Source of the DNA: Macrostomum lignano
Taxonomy: Eukaryota
Length of the DNA: 64,000 bases
Assembly: GCA_002269645.1 (NCBI GenBank)
Contig: NIVC01000837.1
Location: 1-64,000, forward strand
Reading direction: 5' to 3'
A program made the position numbers and the translations under genes. Position 1 is the first letter of the stretch, and every line of letters begins with the position of its first letter. Of this stretch, positions 52,103-64,000 are shown in pieces. The notes under the pieces were generated by a model, which was not told where the DNA came from, did no database searches, and was given only the letters and a program-made list of their open reading frames with translations.

Positions 52103-55100
52103 TTATTTGAACTTGGCCAACTCTAGTAGCGATGCCCGCTGCGCATCCACCTGCAGTCCCTGTTCCGCTGTGCGCACCCGCTTCAACTGCGGCTCGGCCC
52201 GTAGCGCTGCCGATGCTTCAGCCGCCTGCTGCTCCTGTTCCTCCTCGCCGACAGAGCCGGGTCGCCGTCGCCGGCGCGGCTGCTCGTCAGCCGGCGCTAG
52301 CAGGTGTCGGTCCTCGCTGTAAGCCGGCAGTCGTCGATCGTCGGCCGGCTTAGCGGCGGAGCTGAGGAAACGCGACAGTACAAAACCGCGGCCGGAGCTG
52401 GCCGGCAGCGGCAGCTGGCCACAGACTGTCGGATCCGAACGAACCGAGGCTGCACCGACAGACGCCGACGCTGACGAAACGGCCGAATCGGCGCGACGTT
52501 TCGCCATCACGGAACGAAGTCTTGATTGAAGGTTGGCGCTGGGGCTTACTGTGGACTGCGGCGGAGGCGTGCCGAACAATTCGTCTAGAAGGTCCAACTC
52601 GTCATTGTTGGCATCGGCGGTCGCAGCAACTGGCGGAGCGGTCACAGCAGCAGCAGCGGGTGGCTGTCGATAAACTGGAGGCAGAGCGGCCGAGCTCCGC
52701 CCAGACCCGTCGCAGGTTTTAGTAAAGCTACTAGACGGCTCTGTGCCGCCAGCGTCGCCAGCTGGACAGTCGCGTTCAAACAGTGCGGCGACTAATTCGC
52801 CAGACTGAAAGTTCGGCGCCGAGGCAATGTCATGGCAGGCCAGGGCCGGCAGAGCAGAGTCGCTATTTGGACCCAGGCGCATCCAGCGGGCATCTACAGA
52901 TTAATATATAGTGACAGATATCGGTCTGGTAGGGTTAAAATGGCACAGTTTAAGAGAAGCAGCTTGGGCTAAAAAGGAGACTAAATTCTGTTACCTGTTT
53001 TTAATATGAGCTAATTGTTGACTGTACCAATTACGTATGCTTAACTTTATTGACAGGTCAGACCAGATATTACCATAGAATATCGAGCGTAAACATAGAA
53101 TGCCAACCTGTGGTGCCAGTGTAGAAGTCATTCGTTTTGTCTATGGTCGATAGCCAGACTTACCCGACTTATCAATCAATTTCACCTCTAGATTGGAATT
53201 TTTATATTGACGCTTGATATTCTGTTTATTGCTTGGCACATTTTTTAGTCACGAGATTATTAGAGTGAGTGTAAAGGAAACCCAGACGGCATCAAAGGGA
53301 GCAAAAATTACTTATTAAAACTATAATCTACGGTTTATTAACGAAACTGGATGCTTGCAGATAAGTCGGGTCGGAACTTACTTGAATTTTAACTTTTCAA
53401 TGAGTTTTGTTGCACGCGATTAATGGCTAACTTTTCAAGACCATTTGTTCAGTGGGAGCCTGACTTAATCAAACTATATGTAGAGCAAGTAAGCAACTCA
53501 TCAGGAAGGAGCATTTTACCTTAGTCGAACCTTCTTGAAGTTGATTCGCGAGCCGCCACCAAGCCGCACTGGCTCCTTCCTTTGTGCTTAATAATTATCA
53601 TTCGCAACTATATAGCCGTAAAGTCAGTCTCTCACTGGGAAGACTCTTGATTTATTATGATTTTAGGCACCGCGTGGTTTTTAATTAGATCTTTTATACT
53701 TTATACAAGAATCGTTTTTTTAGTTTTAAAGGCAATAAAATTTTCTAATCCAAAATTATTTCTGTAGGCTGTAAAGTTCTCTTACAAAAAATGCTGGTAA
53801 GGCGTAAAGTCGGTTTCTGACTGGATTTTTTGGTATTATTAGCAAACCGTAAAGTCGGTTTCTAACTGGATATTTAGGTAATGTTGGTAAGCCGTAAAGT
53901 CGGTTTCTGACTGGATATTTAGATAATGTTGGTAAGCCGTAAAGTCGGTTTCTGACTGGATTTTTTGGTATTATTAGCAAACCGTAAAGTCGGTTTCTAA
54001 CTGGATATTTAGGTAATGTTGGTAAGCCGTAAAGTCGGTTTCTGACTGGATATTTAGATAATGTTGGTAAGCCGTAAAGTCGGTTTCTGACTGGATATTT
54101 AGATAATGTTGGTAAGCCGTAAAGTCGGTTTCTGACTGGATTTTTAGATAATGTTGGTAAGCCGTAAAGTCGGTTTCTGACTGGATTTTTAGATAATGTT
54201 GGTAAGCCATAAAGTCGGTTTCTGACTGGATATTTAGATAATGTTGGTAAGCCGTAAAGTCGGTTTCTGACTGGATATTTAGATAATGTTGGTAAGCCGT
54301 AAAGTCGGTTTCTGACTGGATTTTTAGATAATGTTGGTAAGCCGTAAAGTCGGTTTCTGACTGGATTTTTAGATAATGTTGGTAAGCCATAAAGTCGTTT
54401 TTCTGACTGGATTTTTAGGTAATGTTGCTAAAGCCGTTAAGTCGGTTTCTGACTGGATATTTAGGTAATGTTGCTAAAGCCGTAAAGTCGGTTTCTGACT
54501 GGATATTTAGGTAATGTTGGTAAGCCGTTAAGTCGGTTTCTGACTGGATATTTAGGTAATGTTGGTAAGCCGTAAAGTCGGTTTCTGACTGGATTTTTAG
54601 GTAATGTTGCTAAAGCCGTAAAGTCGGTTTCTGACTGGATTTTTAGGTAATGTTGCTAAAGCCGTAAAGTCGGTTTCTGACTGGATTTTTAGATTTTGTT
54701 GGTAAGCCGTAAAGTCGGTTTCTGACTGGATTTTTAGGTAATGCTGGTAAGCCGTAAAGTCGGTTTCTGACTGGATTTTTAGATTTTGTTGGTAAGCCGT
54801 AAAGTCGGTTTCTGACTGGATTTTTAGGTAATGTTGCTAAAGCCGTAAAGTCGGTTTCTGACTGGATTTTTAGATTTTGTTGGTAAGCCGTAAAGTCGGT
54901 TTCTGACTGGATTTTTAGATTTTGTTGGTAAGCCGTAAAGTCGGTTTCTGACTGGATTTTTCGATATTGTTGGTAAGCCGTAAAGTCGGTTTCTAGCTGT
55001 GAACTTCGGTTCTTTCTGCATAACTGATTTTTAATTCAGATTTATAGTTTATATGTAATTCTCAATAGATTTTAAACTTTTTTTCGTTTTAGCAAGCCGT

Positions 55101-57618
55101 AAAGATTTCGTTTTCTTTTCTGCAAAGTCCACACCTGACTATAAGTATATCGCAATCTCGCATTAGCACAAAAAGTGCTATTTTCGACAAGAATCGAATT
55201 AATAACACTTCGATCACCGATGCGGGCTTGCCCTAAAGTGGTAAGACACAAAAGACTGTCTACAAATATACATACAATAGCATTTATATAGCCAATACTT
55301 GTACTTGAAACACTATGATAGAAAACAGGCACAAGTATAATATTCATTCACACGGACTAGACACTGAAAAAGTTCAAAATAAAATTTTTAAAACACCCTA
55401 ATAAAAGACAGAAATGGAAATTTTAGTATAATGGATTCTAGAACGTGCTACACACCAAGCTACTTTCAGTACAGTAGAAAGTATTTAGCTCAGAAAACAG
55501 TTTGACCCGTTTTTATTATTTTTAACCAGTTAACCGACTAGTTTTGTTCTTGCTCTAACAACTTTTACGATTGCGTCCTCTCCAAATTTTGAAATGGCCA
55601 ATTTGACCAAGTGGCAGGTCTAGTATAGTATCTGCGAGTCCAGTCAGACCACACACGCAAGCACACTAGAGTCGGCTAGTTATTAAAGCAAAACTTACTG
55701 TCCCGACTGTATAGCCAAATAACGTAATAAAATTGATTGTTAGATTGGCTGCTACGAGTCAATCGTTGCACAGCTGCCGTAGGTATCAGGGCCAGGCCAT
55801 CGTGCGTGCGCAGGCTCTTATTCAGCTGGATTGGGCCGGGCAAGCCGTCGCGGGCCTCTAGGAAAACTGCGTCCGAGATTGGCTGGCGGCCGTCTGAGGA
55901 TCTGGAGAAAAATTACAAGACTTGACAATTAAAATCCCATTGTCTCAAACAAATACATTAAATTATTAGTCAACATAAGTTCAACGCGTACTTTTCCCAG
56001 CGCAACAAAACGCGCTGCTGCGGCGCCCTGCAGTGTTGGCAAGGCCGCAAGAAAACTCGCTTGTTGGGATCAAATAGATCGAAATCTGTAGCCGGATCGC
56101 TTAATCGTAGTACGGTGGCTTTTTGTCTAACAAATGAGAGTAGTTGTGCATTTTTTTATTATTGCGAATACGAAACGGTAATAAATTAATGAAGTACTGC
56201 TCTGTCTTACACTGGCTTTTTGTCATAGCGTGCGTTAAATTAATTTTGTTATCCTAAATTTCAACCTTGGGTTAAACATTGGCACCCTGTTTTTTTCTAA
56301 GCTGGATATTATTTGGTTTAAATTATATATTTTTTGTATTTTAACCTCTGTTTCAGGCATTAATAACTCTATAATTATATGGATTTTAGGATTTTCAAGA
56401 CTTCTATCAATTGTCAAAGAGACTTGGAGACTTAGCAGTGTAAAGGGTAGAGGTAGAGAGGTGTTGATATTTTGTTTGATTTTGAATTTTGAAACTTGTT
56501 TAAAGATCTGAACTTGGACCCAGGATGCCAAATGGCACTGCAATTCTGACGCTTAACAAACCCAATACGAGCGTTAATAACGCTGTGTTCTCAGAAACAC
56601 AAAAATGGCCATTAAGTTTTTGTTAAGCACTGTCTAAGAATCTTACTAGACTAAAACCTTGATCTGGACCAAAATCACAATTGCTGTAATTGTTCACACG
56701 AAAACGAACTCTCAGCGCCGAGGCAATTCTACTCATTCTGCTAACTTCTGAGCACACACAGGCGTCAGCGCACTGACTTTCTAATTATTGGGCATGTGTG
56801 TTAAAAAACAAAAATTATTCATCTACTTACCGGCTAACGTGCTGCTTAAAGCACACAGTGCAGACCTGGCGCAGGGTGTGAACAGACTGGAATTGTTTAG
56901 CCAATCGCTTGTCGGATTTCAATAGCCGATGCGCGGTCTCATAAAAATCGTCGCGAACATCGCTGACGCTTAGGGAGAGTGGCTTAGCCACTAATCTATC
57001 TAGCGAGTCCAGCTCGCGCAGCACCGACCGCTCAATATCGGCCAGGCCGACAAGTTCCAAATTGCGAAACTGACGCCTCGTTGAAACTCGTCCAGAGGAG
57101 ACCTGCGCCGGGTGCAACGACGCTCTGGTTAGTCGCAGCGCTTTAGCGTAGGCGCGGCTGCACGCGGCCAGGGTGCCGGATGAAGTTGAAGCTGCCGCAC
57201 TGGCTCGCCGCTGGACAGGACCGCAGAGAACAGTAGTTAGCGCGGCGGCAGTAAACGGACCAGACCGATCAGGCTCGGTCATTGTGTGAACAAACACTTC
57301 ATCTGGTTCCACTGGCAGATGGCTAACTGATTCAATAGATACAGCCTGGCTGTCAGCATCGGAATGATCTAATTTAGCTGTCGGAGAAGATGAACTAGCA
57401 GCTGGCGGACTAGCTGGCATGTCTGTGTAGGGCCTGGCTAGGTTTGGCGCAGGCAGCTCGGACACCATAGGGTACAGACACTGGGCATTGTCGCACACTG
57501 GCATTGCTCGCATCCAGCCGCACTGAGCTATGCGAACTCCGCTGCCGCACAGAGGACAAACAGACGGACAGGAAAGCTGCGGCCGACTAGGACTGACATC
57601 CTCGGCGCTGGTGCCCAT
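52103..57618 (-). CDS. USPL1: USPL1-like protein (SUMO-isopeptidase family), predicted catalytically inactive, 3 exons, 593 aa
   Basis: Exons (minus) 57618-56831, 55901-55699, 52893-52103. Phases 2,1, total 1782 nt in frame. The N-terminal CPLC..CDNAQCLYPM matches the USPL1 N-terminal Cys motif. LLKSDKRLAKQF..CTVC, DAVFLEARDGLP, NNQF..IWL and SGELVAALFER follow the remembered USPL1 catalytic-domain blocks in order. Confidence 0.75.
53790..54995. repeat. Minisatellite, 45 bp unit CCGTAAAGTCGGTTTCTGACTGGATATTTAGATAATGTTGGTAAG, USPL1-like intron 2
   Basis: Direct inspection. Confidence 0.93.
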
Positions 57619-59074
57619 GTTTCTGCGAAGAAGCAGCGGTGGTGGGACAGGTGGATAATTATTTTATGAAATACTGCAATGTGTGTGACAAAATATTATA
57701 AAAAGAAAATTATTATTAAATATAACACTGCAGCTGAAATAAGTGCAAAAAATTTAAATTTGTTTACATTTAAAAGCAATATCTAAAGACACTACAGTTT
57801 TATTTACATATAATGCTAATATAACACTTTTCTTTATAAGTATATTACTGTATATACAATCAATTTTGTAACACTATTAAAACATTGAAAAAGCATATTG
57901 TGCATATTAAAAATTCCACTTTTGCAGGTGCTTAGAAATGCTTGAATTGGAATATAACAATAATAAAGAAAGTCTTATTGCCTATTATATATATATAAAA
58001 TCCAAATTTGCTTTCCAAAAAAGTTTTTAAATTATTTTTTACATCATTAGCTCAACTTTATGGCATAGTAAAATGTCATACCTTGAATAGTAGTATATGC
58101 CAAAAATTATAAATAGTAAATTAAAGACGAGTTGCCTATATCTATTTATCATAAATCTTTAAAAATATCAAAATGATGAACTTTATGGCTCAATTGCTTT
58201 TCATAAATCTCAACCTGTTTAATTATATTGTTCAATCAATTTTGAATAACTTTGATTGAACAGACATTGTTAATAGAGATCAGATAGGATTTAAGTCATC
58301 AGGCAAGATTAGGATTAGGAATAATTTTTTTCTTGAGTTTGGGATTAGGATTAAGGAATTGAGATTAGGTCTTTTGTACCACAGTTTGTAGGTCCATATG
58401 GTTAAGATTAAAATCAAAAAGTAAAAACAATAATAGTAAACAAAGTAACAACTAAAGGTTGAAATAAAATGAATTTAAATAATTACTAATTCTATCAATT
58501 TTGAATCATCAAAACCTATTTTTTATTCTCATTTTAGAGTCAAGATTCTAGGACTTTGGGATCAAAATCAAGACACTATCTGACCTTTAATTGCTATGAA
58601 CTTATATTTGACTGAAATTGGCTAAAAAATAAGCCTTATTTAAGTAATGCTAGCTAAATAAATATTATCTAATTTTTTTATTTAGTTATAAGTAAAAAAG
58701 CAAACTGTTATTATGAATTATTTATTGGCAATGCTTCTCCCCACAGTACTATGCCAAAAACAACAATATTATCTACACATTGGCATGCCAATAATGCTTT
58801 GTTTATTTGCAAAGCAGCTAGCCTATTATATATATACAAGAAATACTGACAATTTTTAAAAAATTAACATTAAAAGTAATAATACAATATAAATAAAGAA
58901 TAAAATAATATAACAATATATTTTAGAACAATAGAACAATATAGAAAGTCAAACAAATAAAAAATCTACCATCAAATTATTAGCTAAAAAGGTCCTTTAT
59001 GCAACCCAAAAGGTCATTATTTATTGTTGCAATATAAAAAGGCCATGTATTGTTGTAACACTAATAGATCTATA

Positions 59075-59740
59075 GAAAGCTTAATATCAACATTTGAATA
59101 TGATTTCAATTTCTAACAACTTCAACGCGTTTTGCATGCCATGGTGCATTGTCAGGATTTTATTAGAACAATTTGAGAAATTGAGATTGAAAGCGATTGA
59201 TTAAATATTGGTTTTTGCAACGTACACAGGTAAGGAGGGTAAGATTGAAAACAATTGATTACAACTTGGCTTTAACAACATACATAGGTATAGTAGGTAG
59301 GAGAGAGAATTATAGATTGAGATTGAAAGTTAAACCAAATGTACACAATTCTTGTCCAGTGGTCAAAAGGCAGAATCAGGGGCGGTAGCTAGCTTAGGTA
59401 ATTGAACGTCAAGCTAAGTGTACACAGCGTGCACGACTGTGTCACTCAATGTTCAGAAAACGCGGAGAACGTGACCTGCACCACTATGTTGTAATTGGGT
59501 GTTGAGATTCGGGGTCTGAGCTTTTATGTGCAGGGCCTCGAGAATTCTAAGTTTGGCATCAGTATGGCTTTGGTCAATGATTTTAAAGTGTTCTTCTGGT
59601 TTGCAGTCATTGCAGTTAGTCCTGACAATGCACCATGGCGTGCAAAACGCGTTGAAGTTGTTAGAAATTGAAATCACATTCAAATGTTGATATTAAGCTT
59701 TCTATTTATTCTTCTCGCCAAGCGAGCGACTCTAACAGCA
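59075..59740 (-). mobile_element. 5'-truncated Penelope-like retroelement (GIY-YIG C-terminus, 3' tail and inverted tail copy)
   Basis: Minus-strand 59615-59453 encodes HFKIIDQSHTDAKLRILEALHIKAQTPNLNTQ (PLE GIY-YIG end, LEALxI..PxLN). 59072-59157 and 59620-59705 form an 86-bp inverted repeat with 2 mismatches. A 13-bp direct repeat TAATAGATCTATA lies at 59062-59074 and 59741-59753. Confidence 0.8.
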
Positions 59741-60295
59741 TAATAGATCTATACTCTTAAAGATGTTTTTAGGAGAAAATTCTTGCATGCAACAAGTACT
59801 GCATGCACAGCGTATAGCAAGGAGTTAGCAAAGTTCTTTTGGCATGCTTCATTTTAATATAATTTTAAAACATGATGTGACACTTATAATTTTTGAAGCA
59901 AGTATTGTATATATATTTTAAGAGACATAGATAATTTAATAACTGGAAAACAATTGAATATATTTAGGTTAAAAACAGGAGAACATTTCCTTGAACATTG
60001 TTTATCTGTAATCTCACAAAATTCAAAATGCAAAAAACTAAAGTTGCAATGCAAAGAGGTTCTTTTATAGTTGTAACACAAAAAGTCCTCTATTTTTGCC
60101 CCAACTTCTTAACCCCCCTTCTTGGTCCATTGGCTTACACTTGGAATGGATCCAACTCTCCCACATGCAGCATGCAAAGCAAAAAAATCTCGCATAATAT
60201 ATACTTGGGATTATAGATATAGATTTGAGTGTAAGCATACACTTATTTTTTGGTATGCATTTGTAACTATTTAATTTTTGTTTAGGCATACATCC

Positions 60296-60800
60296 AGCAT
60301 GCTATAGTCCAGAATGTGGCCTTTATGCCAGAAAATTCAAGCATATTTTTGCTCTTGTTGACAATCTTGGCATAGAATTGGCATATAGAATTTTCAGGTT
60401 CAACATGAAGGTTCACAGTTGGTGTACGAGTACAAAAAAAGCTGAGTTCAAGGCTAATGTAATTGTGTAATTAAAAAATATGGAAAAAAGTAAAAGTTTT
60501 TTAATTTTATGTAAGCATAAAATTAAAAAACATGAATTTTCATTTCAGCATATGCCTGCCTTTATGCTAGAATTTTCAGGCATATTTTTGCTCTTGCTGA
60601 CAATCTTGGCGTACACTTAGCATATGGAATTTTCAGGTTCAACATGAAGTATACACAGTTGGCTTAAAAAATAGCCAAGTTCAAAGCTAGTGTAATTATG
60701 TAAAACTTTAAAAGTTGTAAAAATATATTCTTAAAAAACTGGCATATAAACAATTTTGAGCTTAATTTAAAAAATTTTACATGAATTTTCATTCTGGCAT
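60296..60800. repeat. Degenerate tandem duplication of about 250 bp
   Basis: GCATATTTTTGCTCTTG(T/C)TGACAATCTTGGC...GAATTTTCAGGTTCAACATGAAG occurs near 60340 and again near 60580. Confidence 0.65.
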
Positions 60801-63695
60801 ATGCTTGCCATGTTCCAGACTATGGTGGCCAGCATGTTCTAGACTATAGCATAAGCTAAAAAATTGCTAAGCCTATTATATATAGGGTTAGAGTTAGAGA
60901 TATATATACCATAGTCCAGATCATGCTAGGTACATGCCCAAACAAAAATTAATAATTACAAATGCATGCTAAAAAAAATTGAATACATATGTATTCCTAA
61001 GACTCCACTGGTGTAACAATAAATGACCTTTTTTATTGCATAATAGACACTTTTGACAAAACTTTTGGTTAGTTTTTCTGCTTTTTTGGTGATAATATTT
61101 GTAGTAGAAAATTGATACAAGCATAGAATTGTTTAAATGCCTTATTAAAAGCTTAAAAACCTAGAAAGTGGGAAATTTAAGCTTAAAAATGAACTTTTTT
61201 CATTTATTTTCTACTTTAAAATAATTCTTGCATGATTCTATAAAGTGCACGCCAAGTGTATTTTCTTAAGAGCAATGCACACCAATTGTACACGGCTACT
61301 TTTGGCATATAAGGCCAATGCAGGCTCAAATTTTTGGGCATATACTACATGATCCAGAGTATGATATATATAGGCCTATATATATAACTTGGCCACTATG
61401 TAAATAAATAGGACATTATTGGCATGGTATTGTGTAGATAATATTGTCATTATTGGCATAGCTATTAAAAGTCAGCATGATTTAATGTATCTAAATTCCA
61501 AAAAAAACATTTCATGCAAATTGCAATTTCTAGCTCAATTTTTATCAATTAAATTGCTAATGCTATATTATTTTACTTTTATCTTTTGTTTGAAGATACA
61601 AAAATGTCTTACATTAGTTATTAGTCTAGGCCCCTAGCAAAGTGAAAGATACAAAGTTCTTAAATCATAGGCCTATCTATGATACTAAAATTAATGAATA
61701 GTGAATACTAAACTAGAATGAATCTAGTTCTAACTTTTGAGTCTAATAATATTGTATTAAAATGAAAAAGCAAATTATCTATATAGTCAAATATACTAAA
61801 ATTGTGTCATCATTGACTATAATAAAAAATGCCCATTATTATCTAGCTAAAAACTGGACTTAGAATTAGAAAACTTTAAAACAGATTGAATAATTTCAAA
61901 AAGGGAATAAAAAGAAAAGGAAGAACGAAAATAAAAACACCCACTACATGTTTCATGTAAGAATAGTATATTTTATATAAAATGACAAATTTATTTAATG
62001 TACTATTACATTATCATCACCACTCAATCCTTCCATTACCTATTTTTAAAGTCGTGAAAGAAAGACATTAACAGTACATTAAAACTTCTGACGACTGATT
62101 AAGTATATAAATTAGCAGGTAATGACAACTACCGAGTTTTATAACGAAAAAGGAGAAAATCAATTCCGTATTGACTAATCTGAATTTTCTATAATTATAC
62201 GATGCCTTGCCTCGCTTGCTTGCAGAACGCAGAAGTCAAGAATAAATAAACAGTCACAAAGTTTTTTCTGCAATGCTCAAAGCAAAACACTTTTTTTACC
62301 AGTTAATAAACAAATTGCTACTTTGTTTTAAAAAACTAAAAAATTAAAAATTAACTAAATATAAATTTTACTTTTTTATTTCTTTGCTTAAAATTTGATT
62401 CCTTTTGTTTTAACTATTATTTAAACCTATATTATACGGCTTTCCGGCTCGTGTCGAGTGTATCAACGAGCTGAGACATTCTAAATTGTTTTTGTACCTC
62501 AAAACGAGACAGCCGCTTCTTTTGCACTACTGCTGCAGCCAAAGACCATACAATGTAAAGGCTGCACACATTATGAAAAAGAAGCCTACACTTAAAGTAT
62601 CCAACATGAGGTCGAAGTGCGCGTGCTTTTATACAAAATTTTGGCCACGGACAAAACACGACACCGTGGGAGCTTGAAAATCGGCTTCAAGAGTTTGCAT
62701 TTCCTTTATTGTCGTTAATAGCACTACACATGCAGATCTCGTTTCTCCTTGGTTTCAAGCAATCGCTTTAGCGTCTGAATAGTCTTATCGCAGATAAAAA
62801 TTTTCTTTGAGTTGGAGTTGGAAATTGAAGTATCTGAGTTGAAAAGGCTGTGATAAAATCGTGGTAAAATTCTTGATCCGTGCTTGATTTTAAAAATACT
62901 CGTAGCTTTTTAAGGTCTCTTTAGGTCATGAAACTCTGTGGTCCTATAGCTTTTAAAAGTTTTCATGTGAGATATTCCTTAAGAGTAGTCATTTGTATTT
63001 TAGGAATGTTTAGAAAGGCATTGCTTTTTATCATTCAAGGAATACAGTATATTACAAGAATAAGAATATATTTTTTTCTCATGAAAATTATCATTCATTA
63101 AAATATGATAAACCAACACTTTACGAGTATAAGTAGCTAGAATATTTTTCGCAATTTTACTAGAGTATTTAAAGACCCATATGAAGTAGAAGCGACAGTC
63201 GTGGACTACATTGGATGCAACAATACTTCAAGGAAAATATAGCTTTGGTGAGCAAATAGCAAAATTAAAGAAATCGTAATCGTGATCGTAATCGTAGCAA
63301 AATTAAAGAAAAACATTTTATAATATAAAACAAATTTCCCAGAGAAATAAAACTTGATTGAATGCGCGAATTCTGTGACTCACTGGAGTCACTGCAGGCA
63401 ATGCAAGTGGAAAATAGAATTCACGGATGTACATGCACGCTCATACAATTAAAAGCGATATTCATCGGCGGAATAAAAAGTTTTGAAAAATGGCAATTTC
63501 TATATAAATTTAGACTAAGCTAAAAATTATGCACACATTAAAACAAAGAAACTCAAAATTAACTATTATAAGGCTACAGTACGTAATGAGTACAAACCAG
63601 GCTGTTAAAAGCGCATTATCTTAACACGGATACTAATAAAGTGAAAATTCTGGCACATAATTTTTCTAAAAGTACATTGACCCAACCAGTACTTT

Positions 63696-63920
63696 TCAGT
63701 GACAGTTTTGGCACTCTGGATGGCACAGCCGTCCATTCAAGCGACACTTGCAGCCTCCGGAGGTGTCGCCTTTGCCGCCTGGGCCCCACCTGGGTCCCCG
63801 GGTAGCCCAGCAGATCTCGGTTTGGCACATCGAACAGGCCAGCCAGTCGCATCCCTCCTTCTTCTGCAGGAACACCTGGCAGTTCGGGCAGTTCATTGCC
63901 TCGCCGGATTTCACCATTTT
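63696..63920 (-). CDS. RBCK1: Terminal exon of RBCK1/HOIL-1L (RBR E3 ligase RING2 and C-terminus); the rest of the gene lies beyond the window
   Basis: [69 protein letters not shown]-stop is nearly identical to the HOIL-1 C-terminus. Acceptor ttcaccgcAG lies at 63921-63922. Confidence 0.92.
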   Translation of the reverse strand, partial: KMVKSGEAMNCPNCQVFLQKKEGCDWLACSMCQTEICWATRGPRWGPGGKGDTSGGCKCRLNGRLCHPECQNCH

Positions 63921-64000
63921 CTGCGGTGAATAAAAGCAATTGTTTTGTGTTGCTTTCATTAGACGAGTCTGAGCCCCGCCATGCGGCACCCGCTGAGCCG

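Noticed and set aside
53520-53590. Possible extra USPL1-like exon (RKEPVRLGGGSRINFKKVRL) with AG/GT ends
   Set aside because: Its exit phase (2) does not fit the last exon (1), whereas 55699 splices directly to 52893 and restores collinearity with USPL1.
62432-62760. Short ORFs downstream of RBCK1
   Set aside because: No motif, no convincing splice pair, and stops in alternative frames.

Overview
Eukaryotic (animal) genomic DNA, not prokaryotic: spliced genes with GT-AG introns and GC-rich exons. By hand estimate about a third of the window is minisatellite or low-complexity repeat. This style suggests a free-living flatworm such as Macrostomum, which is inference only. Gene models were rebuilt by hand from splice signals and intron phase. 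In order: API5 (minus, 6 exons, 521 aa); a CCSER1/2 (FAM190)-like gene (plus, 4 exons); intronless ZMAT2/Snu23; a compact RREB1/pebbled-like C2H2 gene (4 exons, 580 aa); a tandem cluster of three divergent 5-exon Shisa-like/CX-type (six-Cys) single-pass membrane genes; a USPL1-like gene (minus, 3 exons, 593 aa); a truncated Penelope-like retroelement; and the last exon of RBCK1/HOIL-1. Top leads: (1) the six-Cys cluster, whose members share intron phases, each have an RFX X-box-like motif upstream, carry divergent tails (PPxY present or absent) and show a recent conversion patch; (2) a USPL1 homolog in which all three catalytic residues appear replaced and the fingers region is truncated; (3) a non-canonical hammerhead-like motif in the Penelope tail; (4) clustered CSL/Su(H) sites upstream of the RREB1/pebbled gene. 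Family assignments come from remembered reference sequences, not database searches. Most long ORFs in the supplied track are repeat artefacts.
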